DNA of 64,000 nucleotides from Candidatus Curtissbacteria bacterium RIFCSPLOWO2_12_FULL_41_16 (GCA_001776545.1 MFBZ01000022.1:14065-78064), one strand, 5' to 3'. Numbered from the stretch's first letter, positions 28,209 through 37,043 are shown. Program-made: numbers and translations. Notes: generated by a model from the sequence alone, not told the origin.

Positions 28209-29981
28209 TTAAGGCTGTTGACCACAGTCAATTTTAACACCGAGAGAATCCTGTAAGGCTTTGGGTTTGAGGGCCAAATCACGGACGATTTCTTTACCGC
28301 AATCGGTAGCGCCAATAAATCTTTTCTTGAGATCCTCATCTCCACTTTCAATTTGTTTGCCAGGTAAGCTTTTGGAAAGAAGATCGGGTAGGCAGTACTT
28401 GACTAAGCGCTCGGCATCACCTTGGGCGCATTCACTAGCAATCTTGCTAGTTTGATTGCAGGCTGCTTGGTTACCATCTTTACATCTTTGCACAAGACTG
28501 GCAAAGGTCGGCGGTAAGAAATAATCGCCGACCGCTTGAGGTGTAAAGAAACTATAAACCCCCGGCCTGCCGGTTTCTTGTAAAGACTGAGTTCCTGTTT
28601 CTGCCTGATCCGAGTAAAGGGTACTATTCCAAATTTCTGCAAGCCAGGGGACGCGAAAGACCGGCCAGATTTTTAGAGGTAAAAAGCAAGTGTACGTACC
28701 GTCGCCGTTATCGTCACAGTGATCAAATATCTTAGCTTTATTTTCTGGATCGATAGTAACTTCGCCTATCCAGGTAATATTAAAGGTACAAACTACGTTG
28801 GGATTATCCTGATCGAGTTTATTCTCGTCAGTTTTATTTTGACAAGTTTCACCAGGTAAAAGTTGATCAGCTGGTAAGGCACAATACTTCTCATTGCCTT
28901 CTTTGGCGGGCTTGGAGATTTTAAAACAGCCTGTCGGAGTAGTATCTGTTTGGGCAAAAGCGGTTTTGATAGGATTGGCCGAATCAAGAGAGATTTTAAT
29001 CACCCGCCGTAAGCTTTTGAGGAGAGCTTCTGGTGTTTGGTCAAGTAGCTTCTTACAGAGCGAGAGAGCTTTGGAAAGAATATTACCCGCATCAGCTTGT
29101 TGAGTGATAGTCCCGTGGTCTCGAAATGATTGGGCGGCATAAGGAACAATCATTTGATTAAGCTGATCAGAGGTGGCAGTGGTTCGCCAAAATTGGGGGA
29201 GGATAAATTCGATTACTCGAGGGAGCGATAAAAGACAAAGTTTGCCTGCCTCGAATTGTCTGATGGTTTCCTTGCCCACAGCTTGTTTAAATTCTAATTT
29301 ACCGACATAGAATTCGCTATAAGCTGTGGGGATTTTTTCCCAGTAGCGGCCCCAAGTGGCCAGCCATTGAGTTCTATCCTCATTGGCCTCGGGTGGGTCA
29401 GGGAGCCCAAATTCGCCAACCAGATCATAAATAGTTTTGGGATCACCCTTACCTTCAATATCTGTGTATTTATTGGTAGATTCGAGAAGTGTGGGTTTAT
29501 TGTAGACATACTCCACATATTTTTTTCTCAAGTCATCAATAAGGATTTTGGCAGAAGTCTTTTGGCCAGGCCCATGGAAAAGATTAAAATTTTGGCTGGA
29601 AAGATTGACAATGTTGGCTAGACGGTGGGCATCATCTTGGAATTTGCCCTCAAGGTAATTGGAATTGGTTGTGGAGAAAAGAGCTTGGAGATTGGAAAAA
29701 TCGACTGTAAAACTAAAAGATTGGGAAACGATGACATCCTCATCGCGTTTACCCTTAACTTGAATTGCTTGATCATCAGTGAATTTGATAGGCGCATCTC
29801 TATTTTCGTCGGTGATGTAATTGTCGGTTAATTTATCGGTTTCAACGGCATTTTCGCATGGTTGAGGATTAGGGGGGCCAGCGGCGCTTGCGCCGCTAGT
29901 GATAAGTGATAAGTGATAAGTGATAAGTAAAAAAAATACTATAAGAGAAATGCGAAAAGTGCTTATGATCATACTTTGCAC
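28209..29981 (-). CDS. Secreted cysteine-rich hypothetical protein
   Basis: 590 aa with an N-terminal signal peptide and about 20 Cys residues. The signal-peptide region is encoded by a (GTGATAA)4 repeat plus a T8 tract. Confidence 0.5.
   Translation of the reverse strand: MQSMIISTFRISLIVFFLLITYHLSLITSGASAAGPPNPQPCENAVETDKLTDNYITDENRDAPIKFTDDQAIQVKGKRDEDVIVSQSFSFTVDFSNLQALFSTTNSNYLEGKFQDDAHRLANIVNLSSQNFNLFHGPGQKTSAKILIDDLRKKYVEYVYNKPTLLESTNKYTDIEGKGDPKTIYDLVGEFGLPDPPEANEDRTQWLATWGRYWEKIPTAYSEFYVGKLEFKQAVGKETIRQFEAGKLCLLSLPRVIEFILPQFWRTTATSDQLNQMIVPYAAQSFRDHGTITQQADAGNILSKALSLCKKLLDQTPEALLKSLRRVIKISLDSANPIKTAFAQTDTTPTGCFKISKPAKEGNEKYCALPADQLLPGETCQNKTDENKLDQDNPNVVCTFNITWIGEVTIDPENKAKIFDHCDDNGDGTYTCFLPLKIWPVFRVPWLAEIWNSTLYSDQAETGTQSLQETGRPGVYSFFTPQAVGDYFLPPTFASLVQRCKDGNQAACNQTSKIASECAQGDAERLVKYCLPDLLSKSLPGKQIESGDEDLKKRFIGATDCGKEIVRDLALKPKALQDSLGVKIDCGQQP
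29882..29925. repeat. (GTGATAA)x4 heptanucleotide tandem repeat followed by an A8/T8 homopolymer, inside the signal-peptide coding region
   Basis: The plus strand reads agtgataagtgataagtgataagtgataagtaaaaaaaa. The minus-strand translation is FFLLITYHLSLITSG. Confidence 0.8.
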
Positions 29982-30029
29982 TTTGCACTTAGTACTTCTT
30001 TGAATCCGGGCAGCAGACTCATTCCTTAA

Positions 30030-30140
30030 GTATAATTGCTACATTGCTACATTGCTACATTGTTTGGTTAAGTTTCTAAATTAAATAATGATGATGTTTT
30101 TCTAAAACAATTTAACAATGGAACAATTTAACAATTTCTA
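30030..30140. repeat. Intergenic 8-bp-period tandem repeat (ATTGCTAC)x3 plus a CAATTTAACAAT cluster
   Basis: attgctacattgctacattgctacattg, then acaatttaacaatggaacaatttaacaattt. It belongs to the (ATTGYTAN)n family seen at nine or more intergenic sites. Confidence 0.7.
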
Positions 30141-30142
30141 TC

Positions 30143-30487
30143 TTACTTTGGTATTTCGACTGTGGTGACATCGACGCCGGTGAGGCCAGCGATTAACTTA
30201 AGGATAAGCCAAGAGGCCACAACTAAAATGATGCCAATGACAGCCATGGTGAGGGTACTACGGGCCTGGCCGGCGGCTTTAGGATCGCCGCCTGAGGTGA
30301 CAAACTGGAAGCCGCCAACCAAAAGCATTACAAAAAAAGCAATACCGGCCGCCGGGGCCAGAAGCTTAATGATTCTTTGAAGAATATCCACGACATCCAA
30401 AAGCTTGGCTGGTGGTGGATCAGTTTGGGCATAGACAGGCGAAACAAAAGCTGTCAAAAGCCCAACCAAAGTTAAGAAAATCCGCAT
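30143..30487 (-). CDS. T4SS pilin-like small membrane protein (paralog 1)
   Basis: Start trimmed to MRIFLT (ATG at 30485-30487). Signal peptide, a hydrophobic helix, a TSGGDPKAAGQAR motif and a second hydrophobic helix, resembling TrbC/VirB2-like and CPR T4SS pilins. Confidence 0.55.
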   Translation of the reverse strand: MRIFLTLVGLLTAFVSPVYAQTDPPPAKLLDVVDILQRIIKLLAPAAGIAFFVMLLVGGFQFVTSGGDPKAAGQARSTLTMAVIGIILVVASWLILKLIAGLTGVDVTTVEIPK

Positions 30488-30497
30488 GAGTTTCTGG

Positions 30498-30887
30498 TTA
30501 TGGTTCGACAGTAGGAATCGTAAACGTACCGCTGATAATGGTGACTCCGAAGAAAGTTTCCACCAATTTAATAATGGCAAAAGCAACCAAGACAATCACC
30601 AGACCAATTAACGCAGCAGTAATCGTATTTCTGGCACCCGCAACCGCTTTTTCGTCTCCACCCGCCAGAATCCAGCGGATGCCTCCCACCAGAAGCATAA
30701 TGAAAGCGATAATGAAGGCGACTACAAGGATAAACTGGATAATTGCCCGGATGATCTTAATAATATCCGCGTTTTTGCTAAGTTGTTCCGGTACAAGATT
30801 ATTCTGGGCAGCGGCTATGGTTGGGAATACAAGAGAACCGGTAAGAATCGCAAGCGGCCCCAGCAATCTTTTGGCATATTTAAACAT
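30498..30887 (-). CDS. T4SS pilin-like small membrane protein (paralog 2)
   Basis: 129 aa with the AGGDEKAVAGAR motif between two hydrophobic helices. Confidence 0.55.
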   Translation of the reverse strand: MFKYAKRLLGPLAILTGSLVFPTIAAAQNNLVPEQLSKNADIIKIIRAIIQFILVVAFIIAFIMLLVGGIRWILAGGDEKAVAGARNTITAALIGLVIVLVAFAIIKLVETFFGVTIISGTFTIPTVEP

Positions 30888-30914
30888 CAGATTCTTTTCA
30901 CCTCCCTTTTAGAT

Positions 30915-31319
30915 TTATCTTTGTGGCAGATTGAATTGGCCAGAGATGATTTGAACATTGAAAAAGGTTTCTACTAATTTGATTATAGCAAAAGCGCCGA
31001 CAACCACAACCAGTCCGATTAAGCCCCAGTAGATTTGGCCCCAGGCGGAAGCGATGGCTTTTTCGTCGCCGCCGGCGAAGATGAATCGGAGACCGGCAAA
31101 AATCATCCAGATGACACCGATGATGAAGGCTGCAATTACTAACAGGAAAATACCGTTCCTGATGAGGCTGGCAACAAAGCCTGAGGGGTTGGTTCCGGCA
31201 GAGGGAATTGAGGACGGGGCCGAGATTTTGCCGAGATCTTGGGCGAGGGCGAGTGAGGGAAGAATAAATAAACTGAAAAAAATTGCGAGGATGGTGATTA
31301 ATTGCTTCATTTTATTCAA
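30915..31319 (-). CDS. T4SS pilin-like small membrane protein (paralog 3)
   Basis: 134 aa with an AGGDEKAIASAW motif and the same architecture. Confidence 0.55.
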   Translation of the reverse strand: MNKMKQLITILAIFFSLFILPSLALAQDLGKISAPSSIPSAGTNPSGFVASLIRNGIFLLVIAAFIIGVIWMIFAGLRFIFAGGDEKAIASAWGQIYWGLIGLVVVVGAFAIIKLVETFFNVQIISGQFNLPQR

Positions 31320-31356
31320 ATAACAATTTAGCCATTTAGCAATTTAACAATTTGTA

Positions 31357-31656
31357 CTATGTTATCGGTACACTTGACCTTAAGAAATATTGGACTACTT
31401 GCAAAATGACAAAAGCCAAAATGGTAACCGTCAAACCAATAATAGCATAGGTTAAGGTTGCTTGGGCCGCAGCCAGTTTTTTTTGGTCTCCTGAGGCAGT
31501 GACGATTTTAATGCCGGAAATAATAATAAAAATAATGGCGATGGCGCCGGCGATGCTGGTTAGGATGAGAATGATGTCGCTGGCGAGAGCGCCGAAAGTT
31601 TCAAAGCGGGCTGGAGGGAAGATAGTTTTGTCAATTGTAAAAGCTAATTGGTTCAT
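31357..31656 (-). CDS. T4SS pilin-like small membrane protein (paralog 4)
   Basis: 99 aa with an ASGDQKKLAAAQ motif and the same architecture. Confidence 0.5.
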   Translation of the reverse strand: MNQLAFTIDKTIFPPARFETFGALASDIILILTSIAGAIAIIFIIISGIKIVTASGDQKKLAAAQATLTYAIIGLTVTILAFVILQVVQYFLRSSVPIT

Positions 31657-31829
31657 GGTTTCTTCCTTCGACCGACTAACGACTAAAGCCGTTCAATAAT
31701 TTTTAATTTTCAATTCACATTCAATTCTTAATGACTTAATTTTGAAATTTAGAAAATGAAAATTCATTGAAAATTGCAAATTGAAAATTACTAAAAGCGC
31801 TAGTCTTTAGTTGGTAGTCGTTAAGCATT

Positions 31830-32204
31830 TTAAACTACCCCACTGTTTCCTAAAAATATCTTGTCAACAATCTGCAAAATGGCAAAGGCCAGGATAATGA
31901 TCACGAAGCCGATGACGGCAAAGGTCAGCCGGCCGCGGGCGGCTGCTGCGGCTTCGGGATTGCCGCCGGAAGTAATAAATTGAATGCCGGAGATGATAAT
32001 GACAATGACGGTGATAAAGCCGGCAATACCCAGAACTACAGGCAAGAATTCGCTAATAATTTTGCCTATCAGTCCTTGTGCAGAAAACTTTTTTTCAACA
32101 TCTGACTTGGGTAAAGTGATTTGGGCAATTATCGCCGTCAGGCCCGTCGGCGCAAGAAGTTTTCTTAATTGATTTTGCATAGTTTTATCCAAAGGTAATT
32201 CCAA
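31830..32204 (-). CDS. T4SS pilin-like small membrane protein (paralog 5)
   Basis: 124 aa with a TSGGNPEAAAAARGR motif and the same architecture. Confidence 0.5.
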   Translation of the reverse strand: MELPLDKTMQNQLRKLLAPTGLTAIIAQITLPKSDVEKKFSAQGLIGKIISEFLPVVLGIAGFITVIVIIISGIQFITSGGNPEAAAAARGRLTFAVIGFVIIILAFAILQIVDKIFLGNSGVV

Positions 32205-33219
32205 GTATATTAAGACCGATAAATTTGAGTATCAAAACCGAGAATATCAAAAACAGCAGTCCGGCGACTGCTCCCACAATTATGTCGCGGCCGCCTGCCA
32301 GTTTTTGCTGGTCGCCGGAAGAAGTCAAGACACGGACTGAGCCGATAACCATTAGAATTAAGGCAATACCGCCGGCAAGGCCAATGGCAATGCCCAAGAT
32401 TTTGCCGGCAAAGGCTGTGGGGTTGGTGGGGATGTCTCCAAGGGCAGTTTCACAGACTCCTCCCGGACAGGGATTTTGGCCGGAAGTTCCGGTACTGGTG
32501 CCCCCACCAGGAGTTTTCCCTTCTTTGACAGTGATGGCTGGTAATTGATAACAAAATTCTGTTGTTGGAGGTATGGTATTAGGAGCAAAATAAAGTTTTA
32601 GGATATGATTGCCCTTTTTTAGTTTTCCGATATTTGCTTGCCACCCTCCTGGGCCAACTGGAGCACCTGCTGTTAAACTTTTAAAATCTTTATCATCAAT
32701 TTTGACACCAAATGATGCAGGATTTGTTCTCAAGGGATCAGAACCTGTAACAGGTTCAAAATATGCCGTAATATCGGTATCTTCATAAAATTCAGCTGGG
32801 CTATAGGCGTCAAACTGAGGACAAGCCCCAGCTCCGGTAGTTGCCTGGACAGTAAAGGTTGAGGAACATTCAATACTGCCATCTGGGCGCTGGAAATCGA
32901 AGGTATAGACGGCATTCACATCGAATGGTCCAACTGACCTTGAGAAATTGCCGTTCGCGTCTGTGGTAATCGGATCACTTATAACGACAAAACCAGGTCT
33001 TCTGACCACAAGCGTGTAAGATTTGTTGGCGAGTGCTGGGTTATTCGAAGTAAACGAAACAGTTGTCTGCTGAGTTGTAGAAATAAAATTGGGAGAAGCA
33101 CCACAACTCCCTACCGCCCTCGCGGTATTATTTAAACCTATAATGCTCCAAAGAAAAATGAGTATTACGAATGAAATAATGAAAGAAATCTTCTTGAAAT
33201 TAAAAATGTTCATCGTCAA
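32185..33219 (-). CDS. Pilin-like protein with an N-terminal beta-sandwich (Ig/adhesin-like) domain
   Basis: 344 aa with a signal peptide and a ~250-aa beta-rich domain. The C-terminus carries the pilin module (TSSGDQQKLAGGRD) flanked by hydrophobic helices. Confidence 0.5.
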   Translation of the reverse strand: MTMNIFNFKKISFIISFVILIFLWSIIGLNNTARAVGSCGASPNFISTTQQTTVSFTSNNPALANKSYTLVVRRPGFVVISDPITTDANGNFSRSVGPFDVNAVYTFDFQRPDGSIECSSTFTVQATTGAGACPQFDAYSPAEFYEDTDITAYFEPVTGSDPLRTNPASFGVKIDDKDFKSLTAGAPVGPGGWQANIGKLKKGNHILKLYFAPNTIPPTTEFCYQLPAITVKEGKTPGGGTSTGTSGQNPCPGGVCETALGDIPTNPTAFAGKILGIAIGLAGGIALILMVIGSVRVLTSSGDQQKLAGGRDIIVGAVAGLLFLIFSVLILKFIGLNILGITFG

Positions 33220-33451
33220 TTTCAGTGTAGCATTAGATAGATAAATTGTTAAATTGTTACATTGCTAAATTGCCGAGTTGGCTATTTGAAGATTTCGGTT
33301 TCGAGAGATTTGGCAAAGGCTTACTTTTTCTCTTGGATATTGTTTTTTCAATTTTTCGTAGTTATTGCTCCCATATATGAATGTGTATGAATGTGTGAAT
33401 CATATCAAGAATCTAGTTTAACACAAAATTAGGCCATGGTATTAAATTGTG

Positions 33452-34027
33452 TTAGATTCCGAAGTAATCACGGTATGGTTTTTCGTTTTCGATGCTGGCT
33501 ACTTTTAGAATTTTGACATCGTCACCTATGTTCAAAAGCTGTCTTAGAAATTCGATTTCATTTTCACAAGGATGGGGTGTTAGGTAGACGCTTTTTTGTA
33601 ATTGAAAGCACTCAAGGCGCTTGAGGATTTCTCTAAGGTAGTTTCTTTCTTTTTTCTTATGTTTGGGAACATCGTAGATAATAAGTCTCCATTTACCGTC
33701 CCACTTTTTGTTCAGTTGCATGTCTTCAAGATTAAACTTCAGTACTTTTATTTTGCCTTTTTCGGTGATTTTAATCGTTTCGTCACCTACAACCTCAACA
33801 ATTTTCCGTTCTTTTAATCTCCTTAAGACTTGCTTGAGCCTTGATTGATTAAACTGGCGCCATTTTTGATAGTCCTTCTCGCGCTTGTAATCCAAGAATG
33901 GCTTTAGAGCAAGGGGAAGGCCTGGTGCAATAATTGTGGCAGCCAAGAACGTGCCGGCTGCCAAAAGAGTAAGTACATTCTTGACCGTTGGACTGATTAA
34001 TTCCTTTTTCGACTTTGTTTTAGCCAT
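33452..34027 (-). CDS. Membrane-anchored protein with a Cas2/PaaX-C-terminal-like domain (hypothetical)
   Basis: Start trimmed to MAKTKSK (ATG at 34025-34027). One TM helix. WRLIIYDVPKHKKKERNYLREILKRLECFQLQKSVYLT resembles the Cas2/VapD-like fold found in PaaX C-terminal domains. Palindromic elements flank the gene. Confidence 0.4.
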   Translation of the reverse strand: MAKTKSKKELISPTVKNVLTLLAAGTFLAATIIAPGLPLALKPFLDYKREKDYQKWRQFNQSRLKQVLRRLKERKIVEVVGDETIKITEKGKIKVLKFNLEDMQLNKKWDGKWRLIIYDVPKHKKKERNYLREILKRLECFQLQKSVYLTPHPCENEIEFLRQLLNIGDDVKILKVASIENEKPYRDYFGI

Positions 34028-34312
34028 AGAGCAATAGTAACACAAATTTAGGCCATGGCATATTTTTGTGTTATTCTTTGATTCATTATTTAATGGGTTT
34101 ATGAGATAATAGAGTCTAATAAACTTCCGAGGGCACTAAAGCCCTCGGTATTGTTCTTTAAGTTTACATGAGCGCAGAAAACCACCAACGTTTGAGATTT
34201 TTATCCCTCGGAAGTATGTATTCGCTTTTTTGCATTCATCCCCGCCTAAATATTCAATTTTTGGCGGGGATATCTAGCAAGCGAATATAAAATTGAGTCT
34301 TTAGCCAACTTT

Positions 34313-35953
34313 ATGAGAAAATTTCTCACCTTTTTGTTAATTTTTGTTTTGGGGCTTTTTTTTATAGTGACTAGTAGTCGGGCGGATGAGCTTGAAGAGT
34401 TGCAAAAGCAGATTAATGATCTAGGGCATCAACTGGAACTTTCCAAAAACGCAACAACACCATTGGTTCTCGAGGTTAAAAATTTGGAGACTCAGTTGGC
34501 ATCAATTAATTCAAGATTATTTCAAATTCAAGAAGATTTGGACAAAGGCGAGGAAGACTTAACTTTTCAAAAACAAATTTTGGCGGCAACTGTGCGCAAT
34601 TTTTATATTCGGAGTTTTGTGGATATTCCACTGTTGACATTTTTTGCCTCAAATGACGCAACAGAGGTGATGAGACTGATCGCTTATCAGGCAGGTCAAA
34701 GTAAGAATGACCGGCAAGTGATAAAAGATATTTCTGAAAAAATTTCCAAACTTGCCAGTGATAAAAAAAGACTGGCGTCTTTACAGGCACAAACCACCAA
34801 GCAATCGCAGTTTTTAAAGGGGGAAATCGCTTCGGCGCGGGCGTACCAATCCGAGCTTGAAGGGAAAATCGCGGCACTGACTGCCCGGCAGCAGGAGATT
34901 TTGGCTGAAAAATCGGGTACGTTTCAGACAACGGTTGGCGATGTTCCGTTGGCAGACGATCCTAACTCCCGGCCTGACTATAACCCGGGATTTTCGCCTG
35001 CATTTGCGGCATTCTCTTTCGGGGCGCCGCATTTTAAAGGTATGAGTCAGTATGGAGCGTTTGGAAGGGCAAAGCTGGGGCAAAATTATGAACAGATTCT
35101 GAAAGCGTATTACGGAGAAGGAGTTGAAATCAAAGACCATAATCCTGACGCGCAAATAACCGTAGATGGGTATGGGACGTATTCACTTGAGGAATATGCA
35201 AAGCGGATTTACGAGATGCCTGGATCGTGGGGCGATGAAGGAGGGATGGAGGCTCTTAGGGCACAAGTGGTAGCAGCGAGGAGCTATGCTTTGGCTCGCG
35301 GCGGGTCGATTTGCGCAACCGAGAGTTGTCAAGTGTTTAAACCAAGTCCCAAGGGTGGTAAATGGGAAGAAGCGGTAAACCAGACGAGGGGGAAAGTCGT
35401 TTATGCAAACGGGGCGCCATTCTCTACATGGTATGCCTCAACGAGCGGCGGATATCAGGAATCGTATAGCAGTAATGGTTACTCAACGCCGGGTTTCTGG
35501 GATACACCTAGCGGTAGAAGTGGGTGGACGAGCCAAGCCTATGAAAAAACCGCGAGCAGCCCGTGGTTTTATAAAGGGTGGTATAAGAGTCGCAGTGGAG
35601 ATAGTTGCGGAAGGAATCATCCCTGGTTGACCAGCGAAGAAATGGCAGATGTTTTGAATGGATGGAAGGTTCTTTTTGAAGGCGGGGGTGATAGTTCAAG
35701 GGTGACACCCCAAGGCTCCTGCTGGGGAGGGAATCCTTATAGTATAAGTGAGTTGCAGTCTATAGGGGGTTATACCAGCGTGTCTGGGGTGAGCGTGGCC
35801 TATTCAGAAAGCGGAGCAACGGCGAATGTGACTTTTCAAACCAATAAGGGGAGCGTGACTATTGGCGGCAATGATTTTTATAAGGCATTTAATTTGCGGG
35901 CTCCCGGGAGGATAGCATTGAAGTCGGGGTTGTTTAATATAGAAAAAAAGTAG
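34313..35953 (+). CDS. Coiled-coil + SpoIID/LytB-domain cell-wall hydrolase-like protein
   Basis: 546 aa with a signal peptide and an N-terminal coiled coil. The C-terminus carries GMSQYGAFGRAK and ALRAQVVAARSYAL motifs characteristic of SpoIID/LytB. Confidence 0.6.
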   Translation: MRKFLTFLLIFVLGLFFIVTSSRADELEELQKQINDLGHQLELSKNATTPLVLEVKNLETQLASINSRLFQIQEDLDKGEEDLTFQKQILAATVRNFYIRSFVDIPLLTFFASNDATEVMRLIAYQAGQSKNDRQVIKDISEKISKLASDKKRLASLQAQTTKQSQFLKGEIASARAYQSELEGKIAALTARQQEILAEKSGTFQTTVGDVPLADDPNSRPDYNPGFSPAFAAFSFGAPHFKGMSQYGAFGRAKLGQNYEQILKAYYGEGVEIKDHNPDAQITVDGYGTYSLEEYAKRIYEMPGSWGDEGGMEALRAQVVAARSYALARGGSICATESCQVFKPSPKGGKWEEAVNQTRGKVVYANGAPFSTWYASTSGGYQESYSSNGYSTPGFWDTPSGRSGWTSQAYEKTASSPWFYKGWYKSRSGDSCGRNHPWLTSEEMADVLNGWKVLFEGGGDSSRVTPQGSCWGGNPYSISELQSIGGYTSVSGVSVAYSESGATANVTFQTNKGSVTIGGNDFYKAFNLRAPGRIALKSGLFNIEKK

Positions 35954-36226
35954 TAAAAGAACGCTATATTCTTTCTGGGGGGAACGAAATTCGAATAAGG
36001 GTTTTTAATTTACGAGCCCCGGGGTATATTTCGATAAGATCACCTCTTTTTAATATTGAACAAAAGTGACGATACGTTAAAAACTTAGCGACTAAGGACT
36101 AAAGGACCATGGGGATTTATTTAGAAATTATGATTTAGACATTAAAGTAATTAGAAGTTTGAGATTATTGGAGAACGTTAGTTATTGGTCTTTAGACGTT
36201 AAGCACCTCTCAAGTATATAATTGAT

Positions 36227-36811
36227 TTGATGGCAACCCATAATCCCTTTGCGATGTTTGCGCCCCAGCCGGTTGGGGTGAGGTTTGAGAATCAAGAAGA
36301 AGGCGAAAAAATCATTTTGCTTTTGCGCGCACACATTGTAACTTTAATCCCAGCAGTTTTGACAACAATTTTTCTGGTTGTGGGGCCAATTTTTGTACCA
36401 AGATTATTAACTTTGGCTAATATTGATCTTACAGATCTTTTGCGAGGTGGGCGGTTATTTTTAATCACATTATTCTGGTATCTGGTGACCTTTGGTTATG
36501 CTTTTTATAAATTTGTTTTTTGGTATTTTAACGTTTACCTTCTGACGAACGAACGCATTATCGACTTTGATTTTAGAGGCGTGCTGCATAAAGAAATTTC
36601 CTATGCGACACTTTTACACATTGAAGACGTAGAGCCAAAGACCGTAGGCTTTTTTGGGACATTTTTTAATTACGGTGATGTTTTCGTGCAAACAGCAGGG
36701 ACTAGGCCGAAATTTGAATTTGAAAAAGTTCCAAGACCAGACGCCGTAGCCGAGGCTATTTTGGATGAGGCGAGAAAGGAAGAGGCTGAGGCGCCGGGAG
36801 AAATAGCTTGA
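36227..36811 (+). CDS. Membrane protein with a bacterial PH (YdbS/YdbT-like) domain
   Basis: 194 aa with two TM helices followed by a LTNERIIDFDFRG...VFVQTAG segment typical of bPH_2 domains. Confidence 0.45.
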   Translation: MMATHNPFAMFAPQPVGVRFENQEEGEKIILLLRAHIVTLIPAVLTTIFLVVGPIFVPRLLTLANIDLTDLLRGGRLFLITLFWYLVTFGYAFYKFVFWYFNVYLLTNERIIDFDFRGVLHKEISYATLLHIEDVEPKTVGFFGTFFNYGDVFVQTAGTRPKFEFEKVPRPDAVAEAILDEARKEEAEAPGEIA

Positions 36812-36815
36812 TAAT

Positions 36816-37043
36816 ATGCCGATTGATGATTTAACAAATGGACTACAGGTAATTTTGGGGGTAAAAGCTTTTTTTGTTTTGTTTTTAATTTTTTTTGCAA
36901 TTTTTGCGCTGATACTTTTTCGACAGATCCAATTGATGGGTAGGTCATTGCCAACTGTGATTAACCCCTATTTGGCGTTTGTGGCAATTTTGCACCTGGG
37001 TGTTTCTTTGGCTCTTCTTTTTGTAGTCATTGGAGTTTTTTAA
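36816..37043 (+). CDS. Small membrane protein (hypothetical)
   Basis: 75 aa with two hydrophobic helices, 4 bp after the upstream stop. Confidence 0.3.
   Translation: MPIDDLTNGLQVILGVKAFFVLFLIFFAIFALILFRQIQLMGRSLPTVINPYLAFVAILHLGVSLALLFVVIGVF

Noticed and set aside
29880-30140. CRISPR array possibility for the tandem repeats (GTGATAA)4 and (ATTGCTAC)3
   Set aside because: The units are 7-8 nt with no spacers, far below the CRISPR repeat size. No cas genes are present; the Cas2-like fold protein at 33452 is not a cas operon.
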